DNA from: Mucisphaera calidilacus
Lineage (GTDB): Bacteria > Planctomycetota > Phycisphaerae > Phycisphaerales > Phycisphaeraceae
Direction of reading: 5' to 3'
DNA length: 32,000 nt
Assembly: GCF_007748075.1 (NCBI RefSeq)
Contig: NZ_CP036280.1
Span: 1,800,001 to 1,832,000 of the forward strand
Each line of letters opens with the position of its first letter. Position 1 is the first letter of the stretch. Shown here piece after piece: positions 9,257 to 17,149 of this stretch. A model generated the notes under the pieces. That model did no database searches. It worked only from the letters and a program-made list of their open reading frames with translations, and was not told the DNA's origin. The translations under genes and the position numbers were made by a program.

Positions 9257-9904
9257 GTGCTCATCGCCATCCCCTCCTACCCCGAAGCCGCCCCCATCAT
9301 CAAGAAGCTGCGACTCAAACGCCAGACCCCAAACACATGGTCATCCGCCACGCTCACCCTCGCCGTCATCGGGACCGGCCCCGAGGCCGCCGAACGCATC
9401 CCCACCCACCACCACGACACCATCCTCGTCGCCGGTCTCGCCGGCGCACTCGACCCGGGCCTCACCCTCTACGACACCATCCGCCCCGCCACCGTCATCG
9501 ACCCCGCCAACACCGACCGCATCGACCTCCACGCCGGCGACTCAGGCATCACCCTTCTCACCACCAGTCAGATCGCCCGAACCACCGCCGACAAACATCA
9601 ACTCCACCACACCACACACGCCCAGGCCGTCGACATGGAAACCCACGCCATCGCCCGCCGGCACCACACCACCCACCGCATCGCCGCGCTCCGCGTCATC
9701 AGCGACACCGCACACGACGACCTGCCCCCGGGCATCGAGCACTGGCTCTCGCCCACAGGACGCACACGCCCCCACGCCATCCTCCACACGCTCCTCACCC
9801 GCCCCGCACACCTCGCCGCCACAACGCGTTTCATGGCCGCCGCCGCATCAGCCACACGAGCCCTCGCCGACGCCGTCGCAGACCACCTCCCATCCATGCC
9901 ATAG
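9257..9904 (+). CDS. nucleoside phosphorylase-family protein (PNP_UDP_1 fold; MqnB/HpnG-like)
   Basis: C-terminal part of track ORF 8741-9904, with GTG 9257 as the likely start. Motifs are ILVAGLAGALDP, AQAVDMETHAIA and ALRVISDTAHDDLP, resembling the G-x-aGgl and vDMEsaa/ISD signatures of MTA/SAH-nucleosidase-like phosphorylases. The exact start is uncertain. Confidence 0.5.
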   Translation: MLIAIPSYPEAAPIIKKLRLKRQTPNTWSSATLTLAVIGTGPEAAERIPTHHHDTILVAGLAGALDPGLTLYDTIRPATVIDPANTDRIDLHAGDSGITLLTTSQIARTTADKHQLHHTTHAQAVDMETHAIARRHHTTHRIAALRVISDTAHDDLPPGIEHWLSPTGRTRPHAILHTLLTRPAHLAATTRFMAAAASATRALADAVADHLPSMP

Positions 9905-9913
9905 ACTCCCCGC

Positions 9914-10534
9914 ATGAGCCGCAACGCCCAACAGATCATCATCTTCGGCGGAACCTTCGACCCGCCCCACCGGGCCCACATCCAACTCCCCGACCTCGCC
10001 CGCCGGCACCTCCACGCCGACCAGGTCCTCTACCTCCCCGCCGGCAACCCGCCCCACAAGACCGACCAGACCATCACACCCGCGCACCACCGCCTCGCCA
10101 TGCTCCGCGCCGCCCTCCGTGACCACCCCTGGGCCCGGATCGACACCCGCGAACTCGATGACACCTCAGGCAACCCCAGCTACACCGTCAACACCCTCGA
10201 ACAGATCCGCGCCGAACAGCCCCCGACCACACAACTCCGGCTCCTCATCGGATCCGATCAGGCCCTCCTCTTCCACGCCTGGCGCGAGCCGCAACGCATC
10301 GAACAGCTCGCCGAGCCCCTTGTCATGGTCCGACCGCCCCTCACACCCGACAGCTTCCTCGATCAACTCCCCCCCGCCGACCGCGAACGCTGGCAGCCCC
10401 GCATCCTCGAAGTCCCCGCACTCGACGTCAGCTCCACCACCATCCGTAACGCCATCCGCCACAACAGCGCCGCCGACAACCTCAACCCCGACGTCCTCAA
10501 CTACATCCGCGAGCACAAGCTCTACGCCGATTAA
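9914..10534 (+). CDS. nadD: nicotinate-nucleotide adenylyltransferase
   Basis: IIIFGGTFDPPHRAH nucleotidyltransferase motif and ISSTTIRNAI near the C-terminus. 206 aa. Confidence 0.9.
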   Translation: MSRNAQQIIIFGGTFDPPHRAHIQLPDLARRHLHADQVLYLPAGNPPHKTDQTITPAHHRLAMLRAALRDHPWARIDTRELDDTSGNPSYTVNTLEQIRAEQPPTTQLRLLIGSDQALLFHAWREPQRIEQLAEPLVMVRPPLTPDSFLDQLPPADRERWQPRILEVPALDVSSTTIRNAIRHNSAADNLNPDVLNYIREHKLYAD

Positions 10535-11841
10535 GGGAAGATGCCCCGCAGGCTGTACACCTTCGCCAGGTGCTCGAACGCCGCCACGTACGCCGCCGTC
10601 CGCAGGTCGCAGTTCAGCCGCGACGCCACCTCACGCACACGGCCCGCCGCCTCCACCATGTGGTCACGAAGCTCGATATCCACGTGCTCCTCGTCCCACG
10701 TCTCCGCCATACGGTTCTGCTTCCACTCGAAATAACTCACCGTCACGCCACCCGAGTTGCACAGGATCGCCGGCAGGATCGTCACCCCACGATCCAGCAG
10801 GATCGTCTCCGCCTCAGGCGTCGTCGGCGCGTTCGCGCCCTCGGCGATCGCTCGCGCCCGGATCCACTCCGCCTGCTGCACGTCGATCATCTGCTCCAAC
10901 GCCGCCGGGATCATGATGTCCACCGGCTCCTCGTAAAACGCACGCTCCTCGATCGCCTGCACACCCCCGAAACCACGCACGCCACGTGTCTGACGCACAT
11001 ACTCAGCCAATCCGTGCGCATCGATGCCCTCGGACGACCGAATCGCACCCGTGTGATCCATCACCGCAATCAGCTTCGCCCCGCGATCCGCCAGCAGACG
11101 CGCCGTCCACGAACCCACGTTGCCATAACCAATCACGCTGTACCGAAGCGACGACATCGTCAGCCCCAGCGACCCCAGCATCTGCTCCAGCACAAAAACA
11201 AGACCCTGCCCCGTCGCCTTCTCACGCCCACGCGACCCGCCGAAGTCAAGCGGCTTGCCCGTCACCACCGCCTGCCCGTCGTGACGTGAGTGCGTCGCCG
11301 AAACGTTCTCATACGTATCCGCCATCCACGCCATCACCTGAGCATTCGTCCCCACGTCCGGCGCCGGAATGTCGTAGTCCGGGCCAATGTTGTTCCCCAA
11401 CGCCGACACGAACCGACGCGTCAGACGCATCAACTCCGCCTGACTCAACGCATAAGGATCCACCTGAACCCCGCCCTTCGCACCGCCCAGCGGCAGACGC
11501 ATCAGCGAACACTTCATCGTCATCAGCACCGACAACGCCTTGATGTGGTCCAGCGACACGTTGGGGTGATAACGCATGCCGCCCTTATAAGGCCCAAGAA
11601 TGTTGTTGTGCTGCGCCCGATACCCCTTGAACAACCGATACTCGCCCGAGTCCAGCCGTACCGGAAAATGCACGATCAACTCGTTCTTCGGCTGAGCCAT
11701 GATCAGCCTCAGGTAACGCGGCGCATCAATCAACTCCGCCGAGCGTAGCACCGACCCCAACACCTGCTGGTAGATGTTCGCAGGATCAAATCGGAATCCG
11801 AGCTCCTGAAGAATCGCGAACTCCTGGCTGTCTCTGTTCAT
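10531..11841 (-). CDS. gdhA: NAD(P)-specific glutamate dehydrogenase (Glu/Leu/Phe/Val dehydrogenase family)
   Basis: Motifs KCSLMRLPLGGAKGG, GPDYDIPAPDVGT and IGYGNVGS (Rossmann). The ATG at 11841 (MNRDSQEF) is preferred over the TTG at 11874. Its stop overlaps the nadD stop tail-to-tail (TTAA). Confidence 0.9.
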   Translation of the reverse strand: MNRDSQEFAILQELGFRFDPANIYQQVLGSVLRSAELIDAPRYLRLIMAQPKNELIVHFPVRLDSGEYRLFKGYRAQHNNILGPYKGGMRYHPNVSLDHIKALSVLMTMKCSLMRLPLGGAKGGVQVDPYALSQAELMRLTRRFVSALGNNIGPDYDIPAPDVGTNAQVMAWMADTYENVSATHSRHDGQAVVTGKPLDFGGSRGREKATGQGLVFVLEQMLGSLGLTMSSLRYSVIGYGNVGSWTARLLADRGAKLIAVMDHTGAIRSSEGIDAHGLAEYVRQTRGVRGFGGVQAIEERAFYEEPVDIMIPAALEQMIDVQQAEWIRARAIAEGANAPTTPEAETILLDRGVTILPAILCNSGGVTVSYFEWKQNRMAETWDEEHVDIELRDHMVEAAGRVREVASRLNCDLRTAAYVAAFEHLAKVYSLRGIFP

Positions 11842-11897
11842 CACGGCTCCGGCGTCAGAAGAAGCAAAAACCAAACCTACGCCTATACTCCATCGTC

Positions 11898-12278
11898 ATG
11901 ATCGCCTACGCCTGTGCAGACCTCATCTTCGCCACCAGGATCCGCGGCACCGCCGAGGCCCTGGGCATCGTCTCAAGACCCACCCGAGACACCGATAAAC
12001 TCGCCGCACGACTCGAACGCGTCGACGACGGAAAACCCAACGACCCCGTCACCGCCCTGCTCATCGACCTCGACCTCGGCGACCAGGCCATCGAACTCAT
12101 CCGCTACGCCGTCAATCACCCCGCCAGGCCAACCGTCATCGCCTTCGGCGCCCACGTCGCCGCCGATCTCCTCCAGGCCGCCGCCGACGCCGGCGCCGAC
12201 CCCGTCATGACCCGCGGCTCCTTCACCAGCAACCTCCCCAACCTCCTCCAGCAACTCGACGCACCACCCACCACCTGA
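11898..12278 (+). CDS. hypothetical protein (possibly receiver/flavodoxin-like fold)
   Basis: 126 aa. The codon third-position pattern (NNC/NNA) matches other + strand genes in this half. The alternating beta/alpha-like pattern (LLIDLDL, TVIAFGAHV) is only suggestive. Confidence 0.5.
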   Translation: MIAYACADLIFATRIRGTAEALGIVSRPTRDTDKLAARLERVDDGKPNDPVTALLIDLDLGDQAIELIRYAVNHPARPTVIAFGAHVAADLLQAAADAGADPVMTRGSFTSNLPNLLQQLDAPPTT

Positions 12279-12404
12279 CCCCAAACCCAGCCACACCCCC
12301 CACAACCACAACTTCCACGCGCGCACGTTCCCGCCCGGGCGATAACCCCCGTCATCACACCGGTTCCTACGGGCAGGCCAACACCCCACACGAAGCCCAA
12401 CGAC

Positions 12405-13433
12405 CTACCACAAATCCTCAGGATTCGTCGCGTTCAGGTCGAAGACCATCTCCTTGACAGAATCCGCCGAAGTCGCCTGTCCCGGACGTGTGCTACCACC
12501 CGATTTCAGAGCAGCATCAGCCGAACGCCGATCGCCTAACAGACCCGCTTCGCCTGCCTGGCCATCAGTGCCCAGATAGGCCAGCCGAGCGTCATCGAGA
12601 CTCGAATCACCCGCCGCGCCCGAAATCGGGTTGTTATCAACATGACCATCGACCCACAGAATCTGGATATTTCCGTTGTGCCGCGGATCAGCACGACCCG
12701 CATTCACCACCGTTATGTCACCATCCATCACGACGTGGGCACCCGCAAACTCACCGCTGGATTCGAGCGCCTCCTCCAGTTCCGAATCTTCCGCAAGCGG
12801 CGGATTATGATTGCGTACAGTCGTGGTCAGCAGCACATCAGTCGTCGAGGCCATATCGTCCGTGCTTGCAGGTAATGCGACCGGACCGCCGAAACGCTTC
12901 TCACCTGAGAAATACTTCTGGGCAACGGCGCTCACCTTCGTATAATGCGCCCCAATGTTCGAACCCACGTACACAAAATTGTACCCGTAGTGAATCCGAT
13001 TGAACCCGCGGTACGCCGCGTTGTCCGCCGCGTTCTCATCCTTCGCCTCGCCCGACTGGATCGAGAAATCCAGGATCCCCACGTGACCGTTATCCCAGGT
13101 CGGATCCAAATACACATCAACCGTCGGGATCACACCCAACTCAATCAGACGCGTCGTCCAGTACGACTGAATCGGCTCGAACATCGTGTCAGCACTCAAC
13201 CCGTTCTGCCACTTCGGGAAACGCATGTTGTTCCCCGCAGCATGGGCGTACATCCCCTGCCCGATCGAACGCTGGTTCGCCGCCGACTGCATCACGCGAG
13301 CCGTGCTCCGCGCCGCACCCAACGCGGGCAACAAGATCCCGATCAGCAAAGCGATGATCGAAATCACCACCAGCAACTCGATCAACGTAAACGCCCACAC
13401 ACGCCGTGCACGAGATTCCATGGAAAGCTCCAT
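12405..13433 (-). CDS. prepilin-type N-terminal cleavage/methylation domain protein with H-X9-DG C-terminal motif (DUF1559 family), paralog 1
   Basis: [29 protein letters not shown] pseudopilin leader/helix, then RHNGNIQILWVDGH (H-X9-DG). The start is either ATG 13433 (MELSMES) or ATG 13421 (MESRARR). The track start at 13487 is less likely. Confidence 0.85.
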   Translation of the reverse strand: MELSMESRARRVWAFTLIELLVVISIIALLIGILLPALGAARSTARVMQSAANQRSIGQGMYAHAAGNNMRFPKWQNGLSADTMFEPIQSYWTTRLIELGVIPTVDVYLDPTWDNGHVGILDFSIQSGEAKDENAADNAAYRGFNRIHYGYNFVYVGSNIGAHYTKVSAVAQKYFSGEKRFGGPVALPASTDDMASTTDVLLTTTVRNHNPPLAEDSELEEALESSGEFAGAHVVMDGDITVVNAGRADPRHNGNIQILWVDGHVDNNPISGAAGDSSLDDARLAYLGTDGQAGEAGLLGDRRSADAALKSGGSTRPGQATSADSVKEMVFDLNATNPEDLW

Positions 13434-13516
13434 CTCTGTTCTGCCCGAACCAAACAGGAACGCCGACCGATCACACCCTACCACCACGCGGACCGCACCG
13501 CCCTCAAACCATCAAC

Positions 13517-14530
13517 TCAGTCGCCGGGGTTCGCCGGCCAAAGGTCAAAGACGCACTGCTTCGGATCGCCCGCACCCGGACGGCCCGATCCCTTGTTGCC
13601 CGTGTAATTCTGCACCGTCGTCGCAGCACCCAATGCATCCTCCGAAAACGGTAGCTCAAAATCCGTCGGGTTCGCCGCCGCACCCGGAACGCTGATCGTC
13701 GAGACGTGACCGTCCGCCCAGCTGATCTGAACGCCACCGCTGTGCCGCGCATGCGGATAGGTCGCATGAGGCACATACACGGGATAGTCAATCACCACGT
13801 GGCCGCCGATCTCCTCGCCCTCGTCCTCCGATGCGTCCTTGTTACGCACCGTCGACGTCACCAGAACATCGCCCGTCGACGCCATGTCATCCACCGACAC
13901 AGGCGTCGAGGGGCTCGCACCCACGCGACCCGGCCATTTCGCACCCACGCGCGACGTCGATATCTCAGGCTCCGAAAGATTGCCACCCACCCAGACGTAG
14001 TTGTAGCCGAAGTGAATCCGGTTATAGGCGCGAGACGCCATGTTCCCGCTCCCGCTCTCCGCCGAACCACCCGGACGCCCGGGCCGAGGCGTACCACCGC
14101 TAGGCGAACTCGAATTCGCCGGCAGCGACGTGTCCAGCGCATACTTCAGAAAGTCATAGTTCGCGTCCCAACTCGGATCCTCATACATGTTCAGGTTCTG
14201 AAGGATCCCCTCACGCACCAGCAGCGTCGTCCAGTACCCCTGGATACTCCCGAACACCATCCCGTTCCACTCCGTCCCGTCAGCACGCGTGTACGTCGTG
14301 TTGTCCCACTGCCAGATCGGAAAACGGAAACCCTTCTCACTCGTCGCATAGACATACATGCCCTGCGCGATAGAACGCTGATTCGCACCCGCCTGCATGT
14401 ACTGCGCCGACTTCCGCGCCGCACCCAACGCAGGCAACAAGATCCCGATCAGCAACGCAATAATCGAAATCACCACCAGCAGCTCGATCAGCGTAAACGC
14501 AAAACCCGACGCACTCGGACGCTTCATCAC
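13517..14530 (-). CDS. prepilin-type N-terminal domain / H-X9-DG (DUF1559) protein, paralog 2
   Basis: [39 protein letters not shown], then [15 protein letters not shown]. The C-terminal tail is [12 protein letters not shown]. Confidence 0.9.
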   Translation of the reverse strand: MMKRPSASGFAFTLIELLVVISIIALLIGILLPALGAARKSAQYMQAGANQRSIAQGMYVYATSEKGFRFPIWQWDNTTYTRADGTEWNGMVFGSIQGYWTTLLVREGILQNLNMYEDPSWDANYDFLKYALDTSLPANSSSPSGGTPRPGRPGGSAESGSGNMASRAYNRIHFGYNYVWVGGNLSEPEISTSRVGAKWPGRVGASPSTPVSVDDMASTGDVLVTSTVRNKDASEDEGEEIGGHVVIDYPVYVPHATYPHARHSGGVQISWADGHVSTISVPGAAANPTDFELPFSEDALGAATTVQNYTGNKGSGRPGAGDPKQCVFDLWPANPGD

Positions 14531-14599
14531 ATCACTCCAATTGTCGCCACCACCCGATGACAGGACGCAAACCAGAGATGCAGGCCTTAAATCATCATA

Positions 14600-15619
14600 T
14601 CAGTCGCCGGGGTTCTGCGGCCACAAGTCAAACACATTCTGCGCACTCGTACCCGTAGTTCCACTACCCGGACGCCCGGACGGTGCCGAAGAACCGCCAT
14701 TGTTCTTGGTTCGCTTGGTTGTGCCCAGCGCCTCGTCCGCATAGGAAAGAGAGTAGTTCTCCGGCTCTTGCGCCGACCCCGGCACCTCAAGCCGGCTGTT
14801 GTGACCATCAGCCCAACTCACATAGAGACCTCCGCGGTGTCTTGCATGCCCCATACCCGCCCAAGGCACATCCTCCGTGTAATAGTCGGACACAACGTGA
14901 GCCCCAACCTCTTCACCGCTGCTGCGGGTGCGTGCAACATCGATCACGGGTGCTGTAATCAGTGTGTCTCCCGTCGATCGCATGTCGTCGATTGAAGCAG
15001 GTATATCATTGCGACCGATCGCGATGCGCTCGGGTGTTGCGGCACCATATCGCGCCTTACTTGAGGTATCGCCGTAATAGGCGTTTCCGTAGTTCGATCC
15101 CACCCAGAGATAGTTATAACCAAAGTGAATATCCACAAAATCGCGATCCCAGAGAGGAGCACCACCGTCGGGCGTGTTGTTGGACGTCTGGCCTGAGCCT
15201 CGCCCGCCGCTGCTTGTGTTGACCAACTCGTGTGAAGTCAACTGCTTGTTCTTGAAATTGTTGACAGCGTCAAACGATGGATCCTCATACGTCGAGAGAT
15301 CCTGAATGATCCCCTCCGCAGCCAACTTCGTCGACCAGAACCAACGGACCGGTTCCTGCATTCGATTCTCAGCAGCTCCGTCAGCCGTCTCGCCCCATTG
15401 CCAGAGAACGAATCGCATGTCGTTACTCGTCGCGTAGATGTAGTGTCCCTGTGCAATCGAACGAAGGTTGGCCGAAGCCTGCCCGAACCGCGCCGCATCA
15501 CGCGCCGCACCCAACGCGGGCAACAGGATCCCGATCAGCAACGCGATGATCGAAATCACCACCAGCAACTCGATCAGCGTAAATCCACGACGTCCATTTC
15601 GTTCATACATGATGCTCAC
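14600..15619 (-). CDS. prepilin-type N-terminal domain / H-X9-DG (DUF1559) protein, paralog 3
   Basis: [40 protein letters not shown] (canonical G/F cleavage context), then ARHRGGLYVSWADGH. The C-terminal tail is NVFDLWPQNPGD. GGAG lies 8 nt before the ATG. Confidence 0.9.
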   Translation of the reverse strand: MSIMYERNGRRGFTLIELLVVISIIALLIGILLPALGAARDAARFGQASANLRSIAQGHYIYATSNDMRFVLWQWGETADGAAENRMQEPVRWFWSTKLAAEGIIQDLSTYEDPSFDAVNNFKNKQLTSHELVNTSSGGRGSGQTSNNTPDGGAPLWDRDFVDIHFGYNYLWVGSNYGNAYYGDTSSKARYGAATPERIAIGRNDIPASIDDMRSTGDTLITAPVIDVARTRSSGEEVGAHVVSDYYTEDVPWAGMGHARHRGGLYVSWADGHNSRLEVPGSAQEPENYSLSYADEALGTTKRTKNNGGSSAPSGRPGSGTTGTSAQNVFDLWPQNPGD

Positions 15620-15720
15620 TCCACAGGAGGTAAACGCCTAATTCAAGACGCAGTAATGACTTTCAACGAATTACGGGTCTCCAGACCCGATCAAACGAAA
15701 GGTGAAACACAGGCTCTATA

Positions 15721-15749
15721 ATTATGAAACTCTGGGCCGCTTTTGGCAA
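15721..15749 (-). promoter_or_regulatory. possible sigma70-type promoter for the DUF1559 gene cluster
   Basis: On the minus strand: TTGCCA (15749-15744), a 17-nt spacer, then CATAAT (15726-15721), about 100 nt upstream of the paralog-3 ATG. This is a pattern match only. Confidence 0.3.
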
Positions 15750-15778
15750 CCCCTCTTACGTTTAAATCTCAATAATTT

Positions 15779-15787
15779 CCCCCCCCC
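15779..15787. repeat. homopolymeric C9/G9 tract
   Basis: Nine consecutive C on the + strand, in the AT-richer spacer between the hicB-like stop (15843) and the putative -35 element (15749). Confidence 0.9.
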
Positions 15788-15842
15788 AAACCTAACCCCA
15801 AAAACGGCTTAGCCATACCTCCCCGGATACACCCGCGCAACA

Positions 15843-16058
15843 TCAGGCCGCGATCGACGTCTCAAGATCGATAAACGCCCACACCGCCTCAGCATAAGAA
15901 GCATCCCCCGCAATCACCGACTCCACAGCCGACGCACGCGGAACCGACTGCCCCGCATCCAGAGCCGACAGCACCCACCCCTGGGCCGCCTCCTTCGCCA
16001 TCGCGATCACCTCCTCCAGATCATCGCCAAACGTATGGCAACCCGGAAGATCCGGCAC
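15843..16058 (-). CDS. hicB: HicB-family (UPF0150) antitoxin-like protein, apparently N-terminally truncated
   Basis: GTG-initiated 71 aa beginning (M/V)PDLPGCHTFGDDLEEVIAMAKEAAQGWV, the core PDLPGC-x-T-x-G-x-T/L-EE motif of HicB. The beta-strand that normally precedes it is missing from this frame. Confidence 0.55.
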   Translation of the reverse strand: MPDLPGCHTFGDDLEEVIAMAKEAAQGWVLSALDAGQSVPRASAVESVIAGDASYAEAVWAFIDLETSIAA

Positions 16059-16226
16059 GCCCGCCGGATCGCGACGTAGTAGCTCGACGTGGTGTACCGG
16101 TCACTGACGCTCCGCAGGGGATCGAGCACTCGGTTCGTCCCCACCCGGTTGACGCAGGAGAGCGGCGTCTTGCGGGCAGCACTGGCACGGCACGGTTTGA
16201 GACTTGCTGATTCTGCAGCGGTGGCT

Positions 16227-16652
16227 TCAAAAGAGGTCCTCCCCTGGCAGCGATGAGGCTTGCTGAATCCACTCGCCAAGAGCTTGATCGTCAATCTGTT
16301 CGCCTTCGGGAATGTGCAAGTAGCGGACGTGTTCGTGCTTCGACGACTCAGGCGGCATCGGATTGAGTTGGGAGCCGTTCAAGAACGTCACCTTGATGTA
16401 CTTCGTGAAGCAGTGATAGCTCAGAAACCAGCCTCTGCCTTCGACTCCGTAGAACGGCGAGTTCCATCGCACTGCCTTCCGAACGCCCGGCACCGTGGTG
16501 GTGACAAGTTCGTCGATCCGGCGGCCGACGGCCTGCTTCCACCCGGGCATCGCCGCGATGTACGCTTCCACCGGCGCGTCGCCATCACCCTTCGGGATCT
16601 GAGGGTTGCCGCCGGAGAGCAACTTGGGTTTCGGATCTTTCGCTTTGGCCAT
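16227..16652 (-). CDS. DUF1801 (YdhG-like) domain protein
   Basis: 141 aa with AYIAAMPGWKQAVGRRIDELVTTTVPGVRKAVRWNSPFYGVEGRGWFLSYHCFTKYIKVTF, the typical DUF1801 core. Confidence 0.7.
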   Translation of the reverse strand: MAKAKDPKPKLLSGGNPQIPKGDGDAPVEAYIAAMPGWKQAVGRRIDELVTTTVPGVRKAVRWNSPFYGVEGRGWFLSYHCFTKYIKVTFLNGSQLNPMPPESSKHEHVRYLHIPEGEQIDDQALGEWIQQASSLPGEDLF

Positions 16653-16666
16653 CTCGGTGCTCCGTG

Positions 16667-16974
16667 TTACGTGTGCAGGTTCTGAGTTCGAGTCACTGCA
16701 TTATGGCTGGCGTTGTAGAGGTACGCGCCGCCGTGCTCGCGGGCGTCGGTCTCGGACTGCTCGAACAGGCCCCAGTGGTACGGGACAACGTCTCGGAAGT
16801 GGCCGCGCTCGTTGATGACGCGGAGTCGGTCAGCGTGACAACGGCCTGGTCATAGCCAGATCGTTTTCGGTACGAGGGGGTCTTGGCGGTTTTTTTTGGC
16901 AGGGCGGTCGCTCCCGAACGCTGGAGCGCGGTGTAACACCGCACTGATTTGGGCGTTTCGGACTGCGCCGCCAA
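16667..16974 (-). pseudogene. possible frameshifted remnant of a tyrosine-integrase N-terminus next to tRNA-Ala
   Basis: Frame 1 (16974 downward) encodes ...KKTAKTPSYRKRSGYDQAVVTLTD. This resembles the PSYRxHxxSGQAVVTL N-terminal motif I recall from planctomycetal integrases. A second, start-less open frame (16849-16670, stop 16669-16667) encodes RVINERGHFRDVVPYHWGLFEQSETDAREHGGAYLYN with clear codon periodicity. No catalytic domain is present. The assignment is tentative. Confidence 0.3.
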
Positions 16975-17019
16975 GTGGCGGGTGCCCGCAAATTGCGGAC
17001 TCAGCCGTTTTTACGAAAA

Positions 17020-17092
17020 TGGAGCTGGACGGACTCGAACCGACGACATCCTGCTTGCAAAGCAGGCGCTCTCCCAACTGAGCTACAGCCCC
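17020..17092 (-). tRNA. tRNA-Ala (anticodon UGC)
   Basis: The reverse complement reads GGGGCTGTAGCTCAGTTGGGAGAGCGCCTGCTTTGCAAGCAGGATGTCGTCGGTTCGAGTCCGTCCAGCTCCA. It folds as a cloverleaf with the G3:U70 Ala identity pair, anticodon loop TT-TGC-AA and T-loop GGTTCGAGTCC. CCA is not encoded. Confidence 0.95.
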
Positions 17093-17149
17093 AAATTGTG
17101 ACATCTATTCTATCGTCAAATCACCACCCTGACGACCACACCGGCACGC

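Noticed and set aside
15695-15712. GTGAAACA half-site resembling parS (TGTTTCACGTGAAACA)
   Set aside because: Only one half of the palindrome is present. The left half does not match.
16227-16294. IKLLASGF...QG..SF string resembling a HicA N-terminus in ORF 16007-16294
   Set aside because: It lies in an alternate frame of the well-supported DUF1801 gene 3' end, and the rest of the frame does not resemble HicA.
16682-16695. 9-nt match (GTTCGAGTC) to the T-arm of tRNA-Ala as a possible att repeat
   Set aside because: It is in inverted orientation relative to the tRNA, only 9 nt long, and expected by chance at this window size.
16850-17104. 84-aa minus-strand ORF and 100-aa + strand ORF (16975-17277) across the tRNA region
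   Set aside because: They overlap the tRNA-Ala gene and the ispG 3' end, and they show no coding periodicity.
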